The notes beneath the pieces are model-generated. The model was not told the origin of the DNA. It searched no databases and saw only the letters and a program-made list of their open reading frames with translations. From Bryobacterales bacterium (GTDB lineage Bacteria > Acidobacteriota > Terriglobia > Bryobacterales > UBA6623): DNA of 64,000 nucleotides. The translations under genes and the position numbers were made by a program. Position 1 is the stretch's first letter. Every line of letters starts with the position of its first letter. Shown here piece by piece: positions 10,334 through 20,554 of this stretch. The stretch is from assembly GCA_965237575.1 (NCBI GenBank), contig CBDEGI010000003.1, positions 1,993,952-2,057,951 of the forward strand. The letters run 5' to 3'.

Positions 10334-11320
10334 ATGAAAGCTTGGCAAGTCCACCAGTTTTGTGAACCCTCCGAGATGTCGTTCGACGAGGTGCCGACAC
10401 CGACGCCGGGCGAGGGGGAAGTGCTTATCCGCAACCGCGCGGTCGGCGTGAACTTCTTCGACATTCTGTTCATCCAGGGCAAGTATCAGGCCAAACCGGG
10501 GTTCCCGTTCACGCCGGGCGGTGAGACGGCCGGGACCGTCGAAGCGCTGGGGCCGGGGGTGTCGCGTCATGCCGTGGGTGACCATGTCCTGGGCCGCAAG
10601 ACGCTCGGGGGCTACGCCGAGTATTCGGTCGTGCCGGCCAAGCAGGTGTTTCGGATTCCTGGACAGATGAGTTATCCGGAAGCGTCCGGCTACCTGGTGG
10701 TTTACCAGACGTCGTACTTCGCGCTGCACAGGCGCGCGCAGTTGCGTCCGGAGGAGTGGCTGCTGGTGCACGCGGGTGCGAGCGGGGTGGGTGTGTCAGC
10801 GATCCAACTCGGCAAAGCAGCAGGAGCGCGCGTCATTGCAACGGCCGGTAGCGCGCCCAAAAGGGACTTTTGTAAAGAGCAGGGCGCCGATCACGTGATC
10901 GACTATCGAGCCAGCGGCTGGGTGGACCAAGTCAAGGAACTCACTAGCGGCGCCGGGGCGAACGTGATCTATGATCCGGTCGGCGGAGATATTTTCGATC
11001 TGTCAACGAAGTGCATCGCGTCCGGGGGGCGGCTGCTGGTGGTGGGGTTCGCCGGCGGGCGCATCTCGACTATCGCCGCGAATCGCATTCTTCTGAAGAA
11101 CATGTCGATCGTGGGTATTTTTTGGGGCAGGGAGTCGGAGGAGAACCCGGATGGCTTGCACCAGACGCAGCGCGAGTTAGACGGGCTCTTTGAGGCCGGG
11201 AAGATCCGTCCTGTCGTCTCGGCCACGTATCCTCTCGCCGAGGCTCCCCAGGCGCTCGCTGACTTGGCGGAGCGGCGCGTCAGCGGCAAAGTTGCCTTGA
11301 CGATCGATGCTGCGCCGTAG
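10334..11320 (+). CDS. NADPH:quinone oxidoreductase / zinc-type alcohol dehydrogenase-like (MDR family)
   Basis: MKAWQV... N-terminus typical of QOR, with nucleotide motif HAGASGVGVSAIQLGKAAGARVIATAG. The track ORF (10274) has an upstream extension and the ATG at 10334 fits family length. Confidence 0.85.
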   Translation: MKAWQVHQFCEPSEMSFDEVPTPTPGEGEVLIRNRAVGVNFFDILFIQGKYQAKPGFPFTPGGETAGTVEALGPGVSRHAVGDHVLGRKTLGGYAEYSVVPAKQVFRIPGQMSYPEASGYLVVYQTSYFALHRRAQLRPEEWLLVHAGASGVGVSAIQLGKAAGARVIATAGSAPKRDFCKEQGADHVIDYRASGWVDQVKELTSGAGANVIYDPVGGDIFDLSTKCIASGGRLLVVGFAGGRISTIAANRILLKNMSIVGIFWGRESEENPDGLHQTQRELDGLFEAGKIRPVVSATYPLAEAPQALADLAERRVSGKVALTIDAAP

Positions 11321-11332
11321 GGCCGGTTAGGT

Positions 11333-11354
11333 TGGCCTAGAGGTGGCCTAGAGG
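11333..11354. repeat. Tandem 11-bp direct repeat (tggcctagagg x2) just after the QOR stop codon
   Basis: 11333-11343 and 11344-11354 are identical. The repeat sits 18 bp upstream of REP-like copy A1. Confidence 0.9.
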
Positions 11355-11372
11355 CCCTCGCGTCGCGTCAGG

Positions 11373-11411
11373 GTTCGTGCCGGACCGCTCCCTTGCGGTC
11401 ACGGCTCGGTT
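11373..11411 (+). repeat. REP-like intergenic stem-loop repeat, copy A1
   Basis: gttcgtgccggaccgctcccttgcggtcacggctcggtt matches the reverse complement of 46821-46859 at 37/39 positions and 33201-33239 at 35/39. An internal imperfect inverted repeat gccggaccg / cggtcacggc flanks an 8-nt loop. Confidence 0.9.
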
Positions 11412-11529
11412 GCTAAAGTCCCGCTGCGAGGCCGTCGATTTCCTTCCTGAATCCGCTACCCGTGTAGCCAGACGCCGGTCGGGTTGACTCTTGCCGGTCC
11501 GGTGGTTGGGCGGCGCACGTTGATGTCCC

Positions 11530-12795
11530 ATGGCGATGTCCTCGGGCCTCACGAAAAAACTCCAGAGTTGGACCCGGATCGTCGCAGTGCTAGTCGCGGC
11601 CACGTTCGTGGCGGCGGGCATCGCGGAGATCCTATTGCGCGTGGCCGGGATCGGCTACGCCATCTTCGACCGTCCCGACCCGGTCTTCGGAAGCGTGCTC
11701 ATTGCGGGAGCCAAAGGTTGGCAGCAGAGTGAAGGGCACGTCTACATCCGCGTCAACAGCGACGGTTTCCGCGACCGCGAACGCAGCACCGCCAAGCCGC
11801 CGGGCACGGTGCGCATTGCGGTGTTGGGTGATTCATTCACCGAAGCTCGCCAGGTCGACCTCGAAGCGACGTTCTGTGAGGTGCTCGAGCGGGAGTTGCG
11901 CGAGCGCGCGCCGGCGGGAGACCGGACGATCGAGGTCTTGAACTTCGGCATCTCCGGCTACGGCACGACGCAGCAACTGCTCACCCTGCAGCGTCGTGTG
12001 TGGGCGTATGAGCCCGATGTCGTTCTACTGGCTTTCTACACCGGAAACGATATCTCCGATAACTCGCGCGTGCTTAGCAGCGCGGTCACGGGCCCCTATC
12101 ACGACTACACCGACAAGGGGCTCGTCTTCGACGGCAGCTTCGTCGAGACCGAAGTGTTCCAGGCTCGCCAGGGCTTGGCGATGCGGTCAGTGTATTTCGC
12201 GTTGCAGTACTCTCGATTGCTGCAGTTGCTCAATCACGCGCGTTTGATGTGGGAGCTCTCCGCGCGGGCGGGCGGCTCCGGTTTCGCCGGCCCGAGCGAG
12301 CCGGGCATGACGAAAGCTCTATACCGGGAGACTCTCGACCCGGCGTGGGCTGATGCTTGGCGCGTGACGGAGGCGCTGCTGGCCCGCATGAACTGCGAGG
12401 TGGCCGGCCGTGGCTTGCGGTTCCTGGTGGTGTCGCTGAGCAGTGGTATTCAAGTCCACCCACACGCCACCTACCGCCGGGCGTTCATGGACGAGGGGGC
12501 GATCGACGACCTGTTCTACCCGGACCGCCGGATCGAGGCGCTCGGTGAGACGGAGGGTTTTCCCGTGTTGTTGCTCGGTCCGACCTTTCAACAGCACGCC
12601 GAGCGCGACGGAGTCTTCTTTCATGGATTCGAGCCCATGCTGGGTTGGGGCCATTGGAACGAAGAGGGCCATGCGCTGGCCGGGCGCCTCATCGCCGAGT
12701 GGGTGGGCCGCGAGTTGGGCGAGCCTTGGCAGGGTACACCTGCCCGGGCGGCGATGGTCGAGTCTGAACCGGCTGGTGACGGCGGGTCGGACTGA
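11530..12795 (+). CDS. SGNH/GDSL-type hydrolase family protein with N-terminal membrane anchor
   Basis: SGNH blocks IAVLGDSFTE (block I Ser), NFGISGYGT (block II Gly) and FYTGNDISDN (block III Asn). One N-terminal TM segment. Confidence 0.75.
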   Translation: MAMSSGLTKKLQSWTRIVAVLVAATFVAAGIAEILLRVAGIGYAIFDRPDPVFGSVLIAGAKGWQQSEGHVYIRVNSDGFRDRERSTAKPPGTVRIAVLGDSFTEARQVDLEATFCEVLERELRERAPAGDRTIEVLNFGISGYGTTQQLLTLQRRVWAYEPDVVLLAFYTGNDISDNSRVLSSAVTGPYHDYTDKGLVFDGSFVETEVFQARQGLAMRSVYFALQYSRLLQLLNHARLMWELSARAGGSGFAGPSEPGMTKALYRETLDPAWADAWRVTEALLARMNCEVAGRGLRFLVVSLSSGIQVHPHATYRRAFMDEGAIDDLFYPDRRIEALGETEGFPVLLLGPTFQQHAERDGVFFHGFEPMLGWGHWNEEGHALAGRLIAEWVGRELGEPWQGTPARAAMVESEPAGDGGSD

Positions 12796-12989
12796 AGCCT
12801 CTTACCACCCTGGAACGGCGGATCGCCAATCGAGAACGGCCGCGAGTCGGCGGCAGGTTGCGTCGTGCCCGCGCGGTTGTCGACTGGCGGGGTAGCGAGC
12901 GCCGGGATCCGCGGTTTCTCAACTCCCTGACGGAAATCTATACTGAGAGTCGAAATCCTCGCCGTGGGGGCGCGGGGCTCTGGCTCGAA

Positions 12990-15017
12990 ATGTTCTCTCG
13001 CAGTTGGATCGGTATCTGGCTGGTGACGTGCGGCCTGCTCGGCGTCGCTTGTGACGGTTCGCAGGTCGCTGCACCGGGGACGCTCACCTTCAGCCGCGAC
13101 ATCGCCCCGATCATTTTCGAGAACTGCTCGGGCTGCCACCGCCCGGGCGAGGCAGGCCCCTTTAGCTTGCTAACCTACGAAGACATCGCCAAGCGCGGGG
13201 AGTTGATCAGCACGGTGATCGCAAGCCGCTACATGCCGCCATGGCTACCCGCGCCGACCGGCGAACCACTCTCCGACGAGCGCCGGCTGAGCGATCGCGA
13301 AATCGGCATGATTACGCAGTGGGTTGCGGAGGGCGTGCCAGAGGGTGACGCGCCTGATTTACCGCCCACCCCGGAGTGGACCGAAGGCTGGCAGTTGGGC
13401 GAGCCCGATCTGGTGATCCAGATGACCGAGCCCTTCAGCCTGCCCGCCGAGGGCGGTGACGTGTTCCGTAATTTCGCCGTCCCGATCCCCCTCACCGAGA
13501 CGAAGTACGTGCGGGCCTTTGAGTTTCGACCGGGCAACGCGCGCCTGGTGCATCACGCGCGCATGCTTTTTGACACTACACCCGCCTCGCGCGAGCGCGA
13601 CGACGCCGACCCTCTGCCCGGTTTCAAGAGCAGCATGCTGCTCGATGACATCTTCGATCCCAATGGCCACTGGATCGGTTGGACGCCCGGCAAGCAGCCC
13701 GCCATGCGTGGCGAAGACATGGCGTGGCGTCTCGACCCGGGGACCGACATGGTTATCGAGATGCACCTGGTGCCCACGGGCAAGCCCGAGGTCATCCAGT
13801 CGTCGATGGGACTGTTCTTCACCGATCAAGCACCCAAGCGCATCCCGGCGATCCTCCGTCTCGGGTCGAAGTCGATGGATATTGCGCCGGGGGACGATAG
13901 CTACGCCGTCACCGACAGCTACAAGCTTCCGGTCGATGTCGAGGTTCTCAACGTATACGCCCATGCGCACTACCTCGGCAAGCGGATGGAAGGCTGGGCC
14001 GTATTGCCGGACGGAACGAGGAAGGATCTGCTGCTGATCAAGGAGTGGGACTTCGATTGGCAGGATGAGTACCGCTACGTCAAGCCGGTTGCCTTGCCGG
14101 CGGGCTCGACGTTGTCGATGAAATTCACTTTCGATAATTCGGCCGCGAACGTCCGCAACCCCTTCAATCCTCCGGTCCGCGTCACGTACGGCTGGGAGAC
14201 CTCGCGCGAGATGGCCGACCTTTGGTTCCAGGTCTTGCCCGCCACGCTTCTTGACCTGGGAAAGCTCACCGACGACTTCGGCGAGAAAGAGCGCCGGGCC
14301 CAGATGGATGGCTACGAGAAGCAGCTCGATGTCGAACCCGGCGACTACGAAAAGCGGAATCGGCTGGGGAACTACTACATGAACCTCGACCGCTATGACG
14401 AGGCGATCAAGCAGTTCGAGATCATCACCAAACAACAGCCCGACTACGAGTTCGCCCACTACAACCTGGGACTGGTCGCGGAAGCTTTGGGCAGGCCGGT
14501 CGAGGCCGAGACTCACTATCGCAACGCCTTGCGCGCCCGGCCCGGTTACACCGAAGCAAACAACAACCTCGGGATCTTGTTGAGCACGCGGGGTGATGCT
14601 GACGGGGCTGTGCGGCATTTTCGCCAAGCGTTGAAGAGCGACCCCGGCCATGGCGAAGCGCACAACAACCTTGGGATCGCGCTCGGCTCGCAAGGGGAGT
14701 TCGACAGCGCCGTGCGGCACTTCCGGGAAGCGCTGAAGGCCAATCCGTACTACGCCGAGGCGTACAACAACCTCGGCATTACCCTTGGCAATCAGGGTCA
14801 CCTTGACCAAGGGATCAACCAGTTTCGCGAAGCGCTTCGCATCGACTCGGACTACGCCGATGCTCACAACAACCTGGGAAGCGCGCTGGGTACGCAAGGT
14901 AAGATCGATGAAGCGATCAATCACTTCCGCAAGGCGGTGGAAGCCGATGGCAGCCACACCAGCGCGCGAAATAACCTCGAAATGGCGTTGAGGATACAGC
15001 AGCAGGAGCAGCCGTAG
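12990..15017 (+). CDS. Lipoprotein: heme-c (CxxCH) domain + peptidylglycine-monooxygenase-like dicopper domain + C-terminal TPR array
   Basis: Lipobox LLGVAC and CSGCH at 13125-13139. The His/Met pattern HH (LVHHARM), H (EMHLVPTG), HxH (YAHAHYLGK, cf. PHM HTHHLGK) and M (SREMADLW) matches PHM CuH/CuM ligands. Five to six tandem TPRs share the core A-x-NNLG. The start was chosen at the ATG preceding the signal peptide; the track start is 12858. Confidence 0.78.
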   Translation: MFSRSWIGIWLVTCGLLGVACDGSQVAAPGTLTFSRDIAPIIFENCSGCHRPGEAGPFSLLTYEDIAKRGELISTVIASRYMPPWLPAPTGEPLSDERRLSDREIGMITQWVAEGVPEGDAPDLPPTPEWTEGWQLGEPDLVIQMTEPFSLPAEGGDVFRNFAVPIPLTETKYVRAFEFRPGNARLVHHARMLFDTTPASRERDDADPLPGFKSSMLLDDIFDPNGHWIGWTPGKQPAMRGEDMAWRLDPGTDMVIEMHLVPTGKPEVIQSSMGLFFTDQAPKRIPAILRLGSKSMDIAPGDDSYAVTDSYKLPVDVEVLNVYAHAHYLGKRMEGWAVLPDGTRKDLLLIKEWDFDWQDEYRYVKPVALPAGSTLSMKFTFDNSAANVRNPFNPPVRVTYGWETSREMADLWFQVLPATLLDLGKLTDDFGEKERRAQMDGYEKQLDVEPGDYEKRNRLGNYYMNLDRYDEAIKQFEIITKQQPDYEFAHYNLGLVAEALGRPVEAETHYRNALRARPGYTEANNNLGILLSTRGDADGAVRHFRQALKSDPGHGEAHNNLGIALGSQGEFDSAVRHFREALKANPYYAEAYNNLGITLGNQGHLDQGINQFREALRIDSDYADAHNNLGSALGTQGKIDEAINHFRKAVEADGSHTSARNNLEMALRIQQQEQP

Positions 15018-15041
15018 AGGGAGTTCGGTGGGGGTGGTACA

Positions 15042-15062
15042 AGAGCCGAGCGCGGCTCGGCT
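15042..15062 (+). terminator. GC-rich hairpin downstream of the TPR gene (no U-tract)
   Basis: gagccgagc-gcg-gctcggctc gives a 9-bp perfect stem starting 25 nt after the stop at 15017. No T-run follows, so intrinsic-terminator status is uncertain. Confidence 0.3.
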
Positions 15063-15162
15063 CGGCACGGGCGTACGCCACCACCAGAGGCGGAAAACGC
15101 ATGGAGCGAACATACGGCAACGTGTTTCTCGGCGGCTCCGTCAAGCAATCATGGAGGAATCG

Positions 15163-17292
<2,130 letters not shown>

Positions 17293-17327
17293 AGCTACAG
17301 GCGCAGGCTCGGGTTTTCAAAACGAAG

Positions 17328-17403
17328 ACGCGACTGGCCCTAGCGTTTACGCGACTGGCTACGACAGGAATCTCGATATGTAGGTACTGCTATGTAGGTA
17401 CTG
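17328..17403. repeat. Two pairs of short direct repeats in a convergent intergenic spacer
   Basis: acgcgactggc occurs at 17328-17338 and 17349-17359. tatgtaggtactg occurs at 17377-17389 and 17391-17403. The patch is locally AT-richer. Confidence 0.85.
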
Positions 17404-17421
17404 ATGGCTGGGTTGGTTCGC

Positions 17422-18648
17422 TCAAGCGCGGCTAAGCGGCTTGGCGTCGGGGTTGCCGGGGCCGAAGTGCTTGAGCATGACCAGCGCCTCGGTGTCGCTC
17501 TTGTTGGTGATCTCGACGCCTTCACCGGCCGCCTTGGCCGTAACGAATAGCTCGTCTTTGGTCATCTCCCCGTAACGGATCAGCGAGGGCGTCTCGACCT
17601 CCAGCGCGCCGATCTGCCCCCAGCCCTGCGTGACGACTAGGCCATAGGCGGCGGCATCGCGGATGGTAACGGTGCGCTTGGGCAGTACGGTGAGTTCCTT
17701 GGCCGAAAAATCATCGGTACTGTAGGAGACCCAGTTCTCCCGGTAGCCCTCCATCTCGGCCGCGTCGCGCACCGGGTGCGGCTCGAAGTAGTGGTCGTTC
17801 ATAAACTCGGGATCGACATTGGCATCCCAGTCGAGCATGCCGATGATGTAGTCGAGGTCCTGGTGATTCTCCGGCGGGACGTCTTTGACCAGCAGGTCCC
17901 AGGGCACGGCGCGGCCTTCGACCATGGACTGAAACATCCCGAAGACGTCCGAGTTGACCTGTGGCTCGTAGGTCACGAGCGAACCGGGCGCGTGCAGCAC
18001 CCCGGCCGGGACATGCCAGCCGGTTCCGGGCTTGAGCTTGTAGGCCTTCGAGTGGTAGAGGATGCCGTTGTCGCCCTCGTTCCAGCGTTCGAGGCACCGG
18101 CGTACGTCGTCGGTCGTCGTGCCGGGCTCAAGGCCCATGAAGGTGTAGGGGAAGTTGTTGCCCTTGAAGTTGTATTGCGGCGGGAAATAGTAGGCTTCGG
18201 GTTTGCCCTTGCGCCCGACTTTGGCGGCGTGCTCTTCCATCTGATGCATGTGATGCGGGATGGGACCGAGGTTGTCAAAGAACTTGCAGAGCACGTTCCA
18301 GCCGCCGTAGCGCGACATCACGTCCGCGCCCAGGAACTCGTCGCCGAGGGTCTCGATCGCCTCGCGAAGCAGGATCTTCCGCCCGCCCGAGCCGTGGGAG
18401 TCGAACGCGATGTAGCTGAGGCCTTCGTCCTCGGGGGTGCCGGGGCCGTTGTCGGCCGGCGTGGTGGAAGAGAACCAGCGCTCATCAATGCCGCCGCGAT
18501 GGGCGCCGAGAGCATAGAGGTCGCGCGGATCGAGTTTTAGGCGTCCGCCAGGCATGAGGAACGAGCGAGGCACCCAGCACGGCGCCAGGTGTACAATCCC
18601 GCGGCCGGCCAAGAGGGCCTCGCGGAGGGCTTGGGTGTTTGCGGACAT
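17422..18648 (-). CDS. Phosphomannose-isomerase-like cupin protein (putative sugar isomerase)
   Basis: 408 aa. The pattern resembles type I PMI metal and substrate blocks (ERWFSST, LCKFFDNLGPIPHHMH, GKPEAYYF, HVPAGVLHAPG...YEPQ..SD). Assignment is by motif resemblance only. Confidence 0.45.
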   Translation of the reverse strand: MSANTQALREALLAGRGIVHLAPCWVPRSFLMPGGRLKLDPRDLYALGAHRGGIDERWFSSTTPADNGPGTPEDEGLSYIAFDSHGSGGRKILLREAIETLGDEFLGADVMSRYGGWNVLCKFFDNLGPIPHHMHQMEEHAAKVGRKGKPEAYYFPPQYNFKGNNFPYTFMGLEPGTTTDDVRRCLERWNEGDNGILYHSKAYKLKPGTGWHVPAGVLHAPGSLVTYEPQVNSDVFGMFQSMVEGRAVPWDLLVKDVPPENHQDLDYIIGMLDWDANVDPEFMNDHYFEPHPVRDAAEMEGYRENWVSYSTDDFSAKELTVLPKRTVTIRDAAAYGLVVTQGWGQIGALEVETPSLIRYGEMTKDELFVTAKAAGEGVEITNKSDTEALVMLKHFGPGNPDAKPLSRA

Positions 18649-18715
18649 AACTTTCCAGCTTTCGAGCGAGCGACGCTCCCCGGGGCCCGGGCTGTATCAA
18701 CGGGGTGCGGGCGAA

Positions 18716-18934
18716 TTACGCCGCGGGGCGCAGGTCCCTTACGAAACCCGACTCGATCAGGAACTCACGAACCGGCACTGCCTCGGGGCCCTCGACGCTG
18801 ATCGTGAGAGCCACGTCCACCGCAGGACCCAGCAGTCGAATGTCGATACGGTCGGATTCATCATAAACCCGGATGTAGGAGATTGCCGTCAAGTTGATGA
18901 TGCGGTGGCGAATCTGGATAAACTGTGGCGCCAT
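18716..18934 (-). CDS. Hypothetical small protein (72 aa)
   Basis: Intact ORF with host-like third-position GC, 67 nt upstream of and co-oriented with the PMI-like gene. No recognisable motif. Confidence 0.4.
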   Translation of the reverse strand: MAPQFIQIRHRIINLTAISYIRVYDESDRIDIRLLGPAVDVALTISVEGPEAVPVREFLIESGFVRDLRPAA

Positions 18935-19024
18935 TGGATGTCTGCCTCTCGGTGATAGATTGCCTGAGTCCTGCTTGCGAAACCAGGATGGGGAAACCCT
19001 ACTTTATCGTCTTGTCTGTGGGGG

Positions 19025-19048
19025 CTGCTACTGATGCTGCTACTGATA
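19025..19048. repeat. Tandem 12-bp direct repeat (gctgctactgat x2) in a divergent promoter region
   Basis: 19025-19036 and 19037-19048 are identical. The repeat lies 66 nt upstream of the FG-GAP gene start. Confidence 0.9.
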
Positions 19049-19113
19049 AGGTACGCTCACGGGAAGGGACGCGTTACGAGGACAGGTTTTCCAAAACGGG
19101 GGGAGTGAGCCCA

Positions 19114-20325
19114 ATGGAGTCGAAGAGACAACCAAGCAGAGAGTGGAGCGTCCTGGGGAGGAAGCTCGTCGCCGGGTCATGTCTCGTGTTGGCGATGCTC
19201 CTGCCGGCTCGCGCCCAGCCGTCGAAAGAGATCGTATTTCGCAAACACACGCTCGACCTCGGGCGCAACGAGACCTGCTCGGCGGCGGACTTAAATGGCG
19301 ACGGCCGGCTCGACATCGTTGCGGGTGAAAACTGGTACGAGGCGCCGGAATGGACCAAGCATCGCTTTCGGTCGTTCCCGACATGGAGCAACTACATCGA
19401 CAACTTCACCGATCTGGCGCTCGACGTTGATGGCGACGGCGCGGTCGACATTGTCAGCTCCGCCTGGTCGGCCCGGCGCATCGCTTGGTTCAAGAACCCC
19501 GGCAAGAGCAGCGGCCCCTGGAAAGAGACCGTCATTGATTCCGGCGCGCCGGTCGAATTCTCGTTCCTGGTGGACCTTGACAACGACGGCGAGGCGAAAG
19601 AGTTGCTTCCACAGTTCGGAGGAGGCAAGAACAACGGCACGGCCTGGTATGAAGTGCACGGGCAGGGCCACGAAGCCCGCTGGGTCAAGCACGCCGTGAG
19701 CGCGGAAAGCTATGGTCACGGCATCGGAGCGGGGGACGTGAACGGCGACGGGCGCGCGGACATCCTCACGCCCCAAGGATGGCTTGAAGCTCCGTCAGAC
19801 CCTCGCCGGACGCCGTGGCCGTGGCGAGGCGAGTATACGGCCGGGAAGGCGACCGGCTTTCTCTACGTGCAAGACGTGGATGGTGACGGCAAGAACGATA
19901 TCGTCAGCAGCATGGCGCACGACTACGGCGTCTTTTGGCTGCGGCAAGAGACCGACGCCTCAGGGAAACGCAGTTGGGCGAGGCAAACGATCGACGACGC
20001 CTGGTCACAAGCACATGCCATGACGATGGTCGATCTCACCGGCAACGGCCGGCTCGATCTCGTCACTGGTAAACGGTTGTTCGCTCACAACGGGCATGAC
20101 CCCGGCGGGCATGAGACACTGGGGCTGTATTGGTACGAGTATGTCCGGACGGGCGGTAAATGGGAGTGGGTCCGACACATTGTCCACTACGGAGGGCGCG
20201 TGGGCGGCGGCATGCAAATCCCCGTCGTCGACATCGATCGTGACGGCGACCTAGACATCGCTGTCGCCGGCAAGGGCGGGGTGTTTCTATTCGAGAACCA
20301 AACGAAGCCGCCTCCCGGGCGCTGA
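19114..20325 (+). CDS. FG-GAP/VCBS repeat (integrin-alpha-like beta-propeller) exported protein
   Basis: Seven Ca-binding-like repeats: DLNGDGRLDIV, DVDGDGAVDIV, DLDNDGEAKEL, DVNGDGRADIL, DVDGDGKNDIV, DLTGNGRLDLV, DIDRDGDLDIA. A signal peptide follows the ATG at 19114, and GGGGGAG lies upstream. Confidence 0.85.
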   Translation: MESKRQPSREWSVLGRKLVAGSCLVLAMLLPARAQPSKEIVFRKHTLDLGRNETCSAADLNGDGRLDIVAGENWYEAPEWTKHRFRSFPTWSNYIDNFTDLALDVDGDGAVDIVSSAWSARRIAWFKNPGKSSGPWKETVIDSGAPVEFSFLVDLDNDGEAKELLPQFGGGKNNGTAWYEVHGQGHEARWVKHAVSAESYGHGIGAGDVNGDGRADILTPQGWLEAPSDPRRTPWPWRGEYTAGKATGFLYVQDVDGDGKNDIVSSMAHDYGVFWLRQETDASGKRSWARQTIDDAWSQAHAMTMVDLTGNGRLDLVTGKRLFAHNGHDPGGHETLGLYWYEYVRTGGKWEWVRHIVHYGGRVGGGMQIPVVDIDRDGDLDIAVAGKGGVFLFENQTKPPPGR

Positions 20326-20453
20326 TCGAGCCCTAAACGCCTGTAATCATTGGCTTTTCGCGCCCACCCTTACCTCGACTTCGGCGGATGTAGTACTGAA
20401 GTCCATCCTGTGTACGGGAGTACCCCTAGGAAAAAGTTAGTACCAACGCTACA

Positions 20454-20483
20454 TTGCGTGCAGGTGAAATACGATATTACAAT
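20454..20483 (+). promoter_or_regulatory. Candidate sigma70-type promoter (TTGCGT-18 nt-TACAAT)
   Basis: The -35 is at 20454-20459 and the -10 at 20478-20483, in an AT-richer spacer about 70 nt upstream of the GTG at 20555. Sequence match only. Confidence 0.35.
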
Positions 20484-20554
20484 TGAACTGTGAAGGGCGA
20501 AGAGCCCTTCGGGCGGTCCCTATTCTCAAGCTGTTTCGCATGTGAGCGACCAGG

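Noticed and set aside
12915-12945. Possible degenerate extra copies of REP-like family A (ctccctgacgg at ~12925, gccgtgaccgtaag at ~3586, cgggctcggtt at ~25612, cgcggctcgg at ~55945)
   Set aside because: Only 10-13 nt are shared, which is within chance expectation for this window size and base composition. They are mentioned only as places to look with a proper model.
14390-14990. Periodic ~102-bp DNA repeats (...aacaacctcggg/ggatc...) that could look like a repeat array
   Set aside because: They are in-frame tandem TPR units of the 12990-15017 gene (34-aa periodicity, diverged at the DNA level). They are not a CRISPR or other non-coding array. No CRISPR-like repeat-spacer structure exists anywhere in the window.
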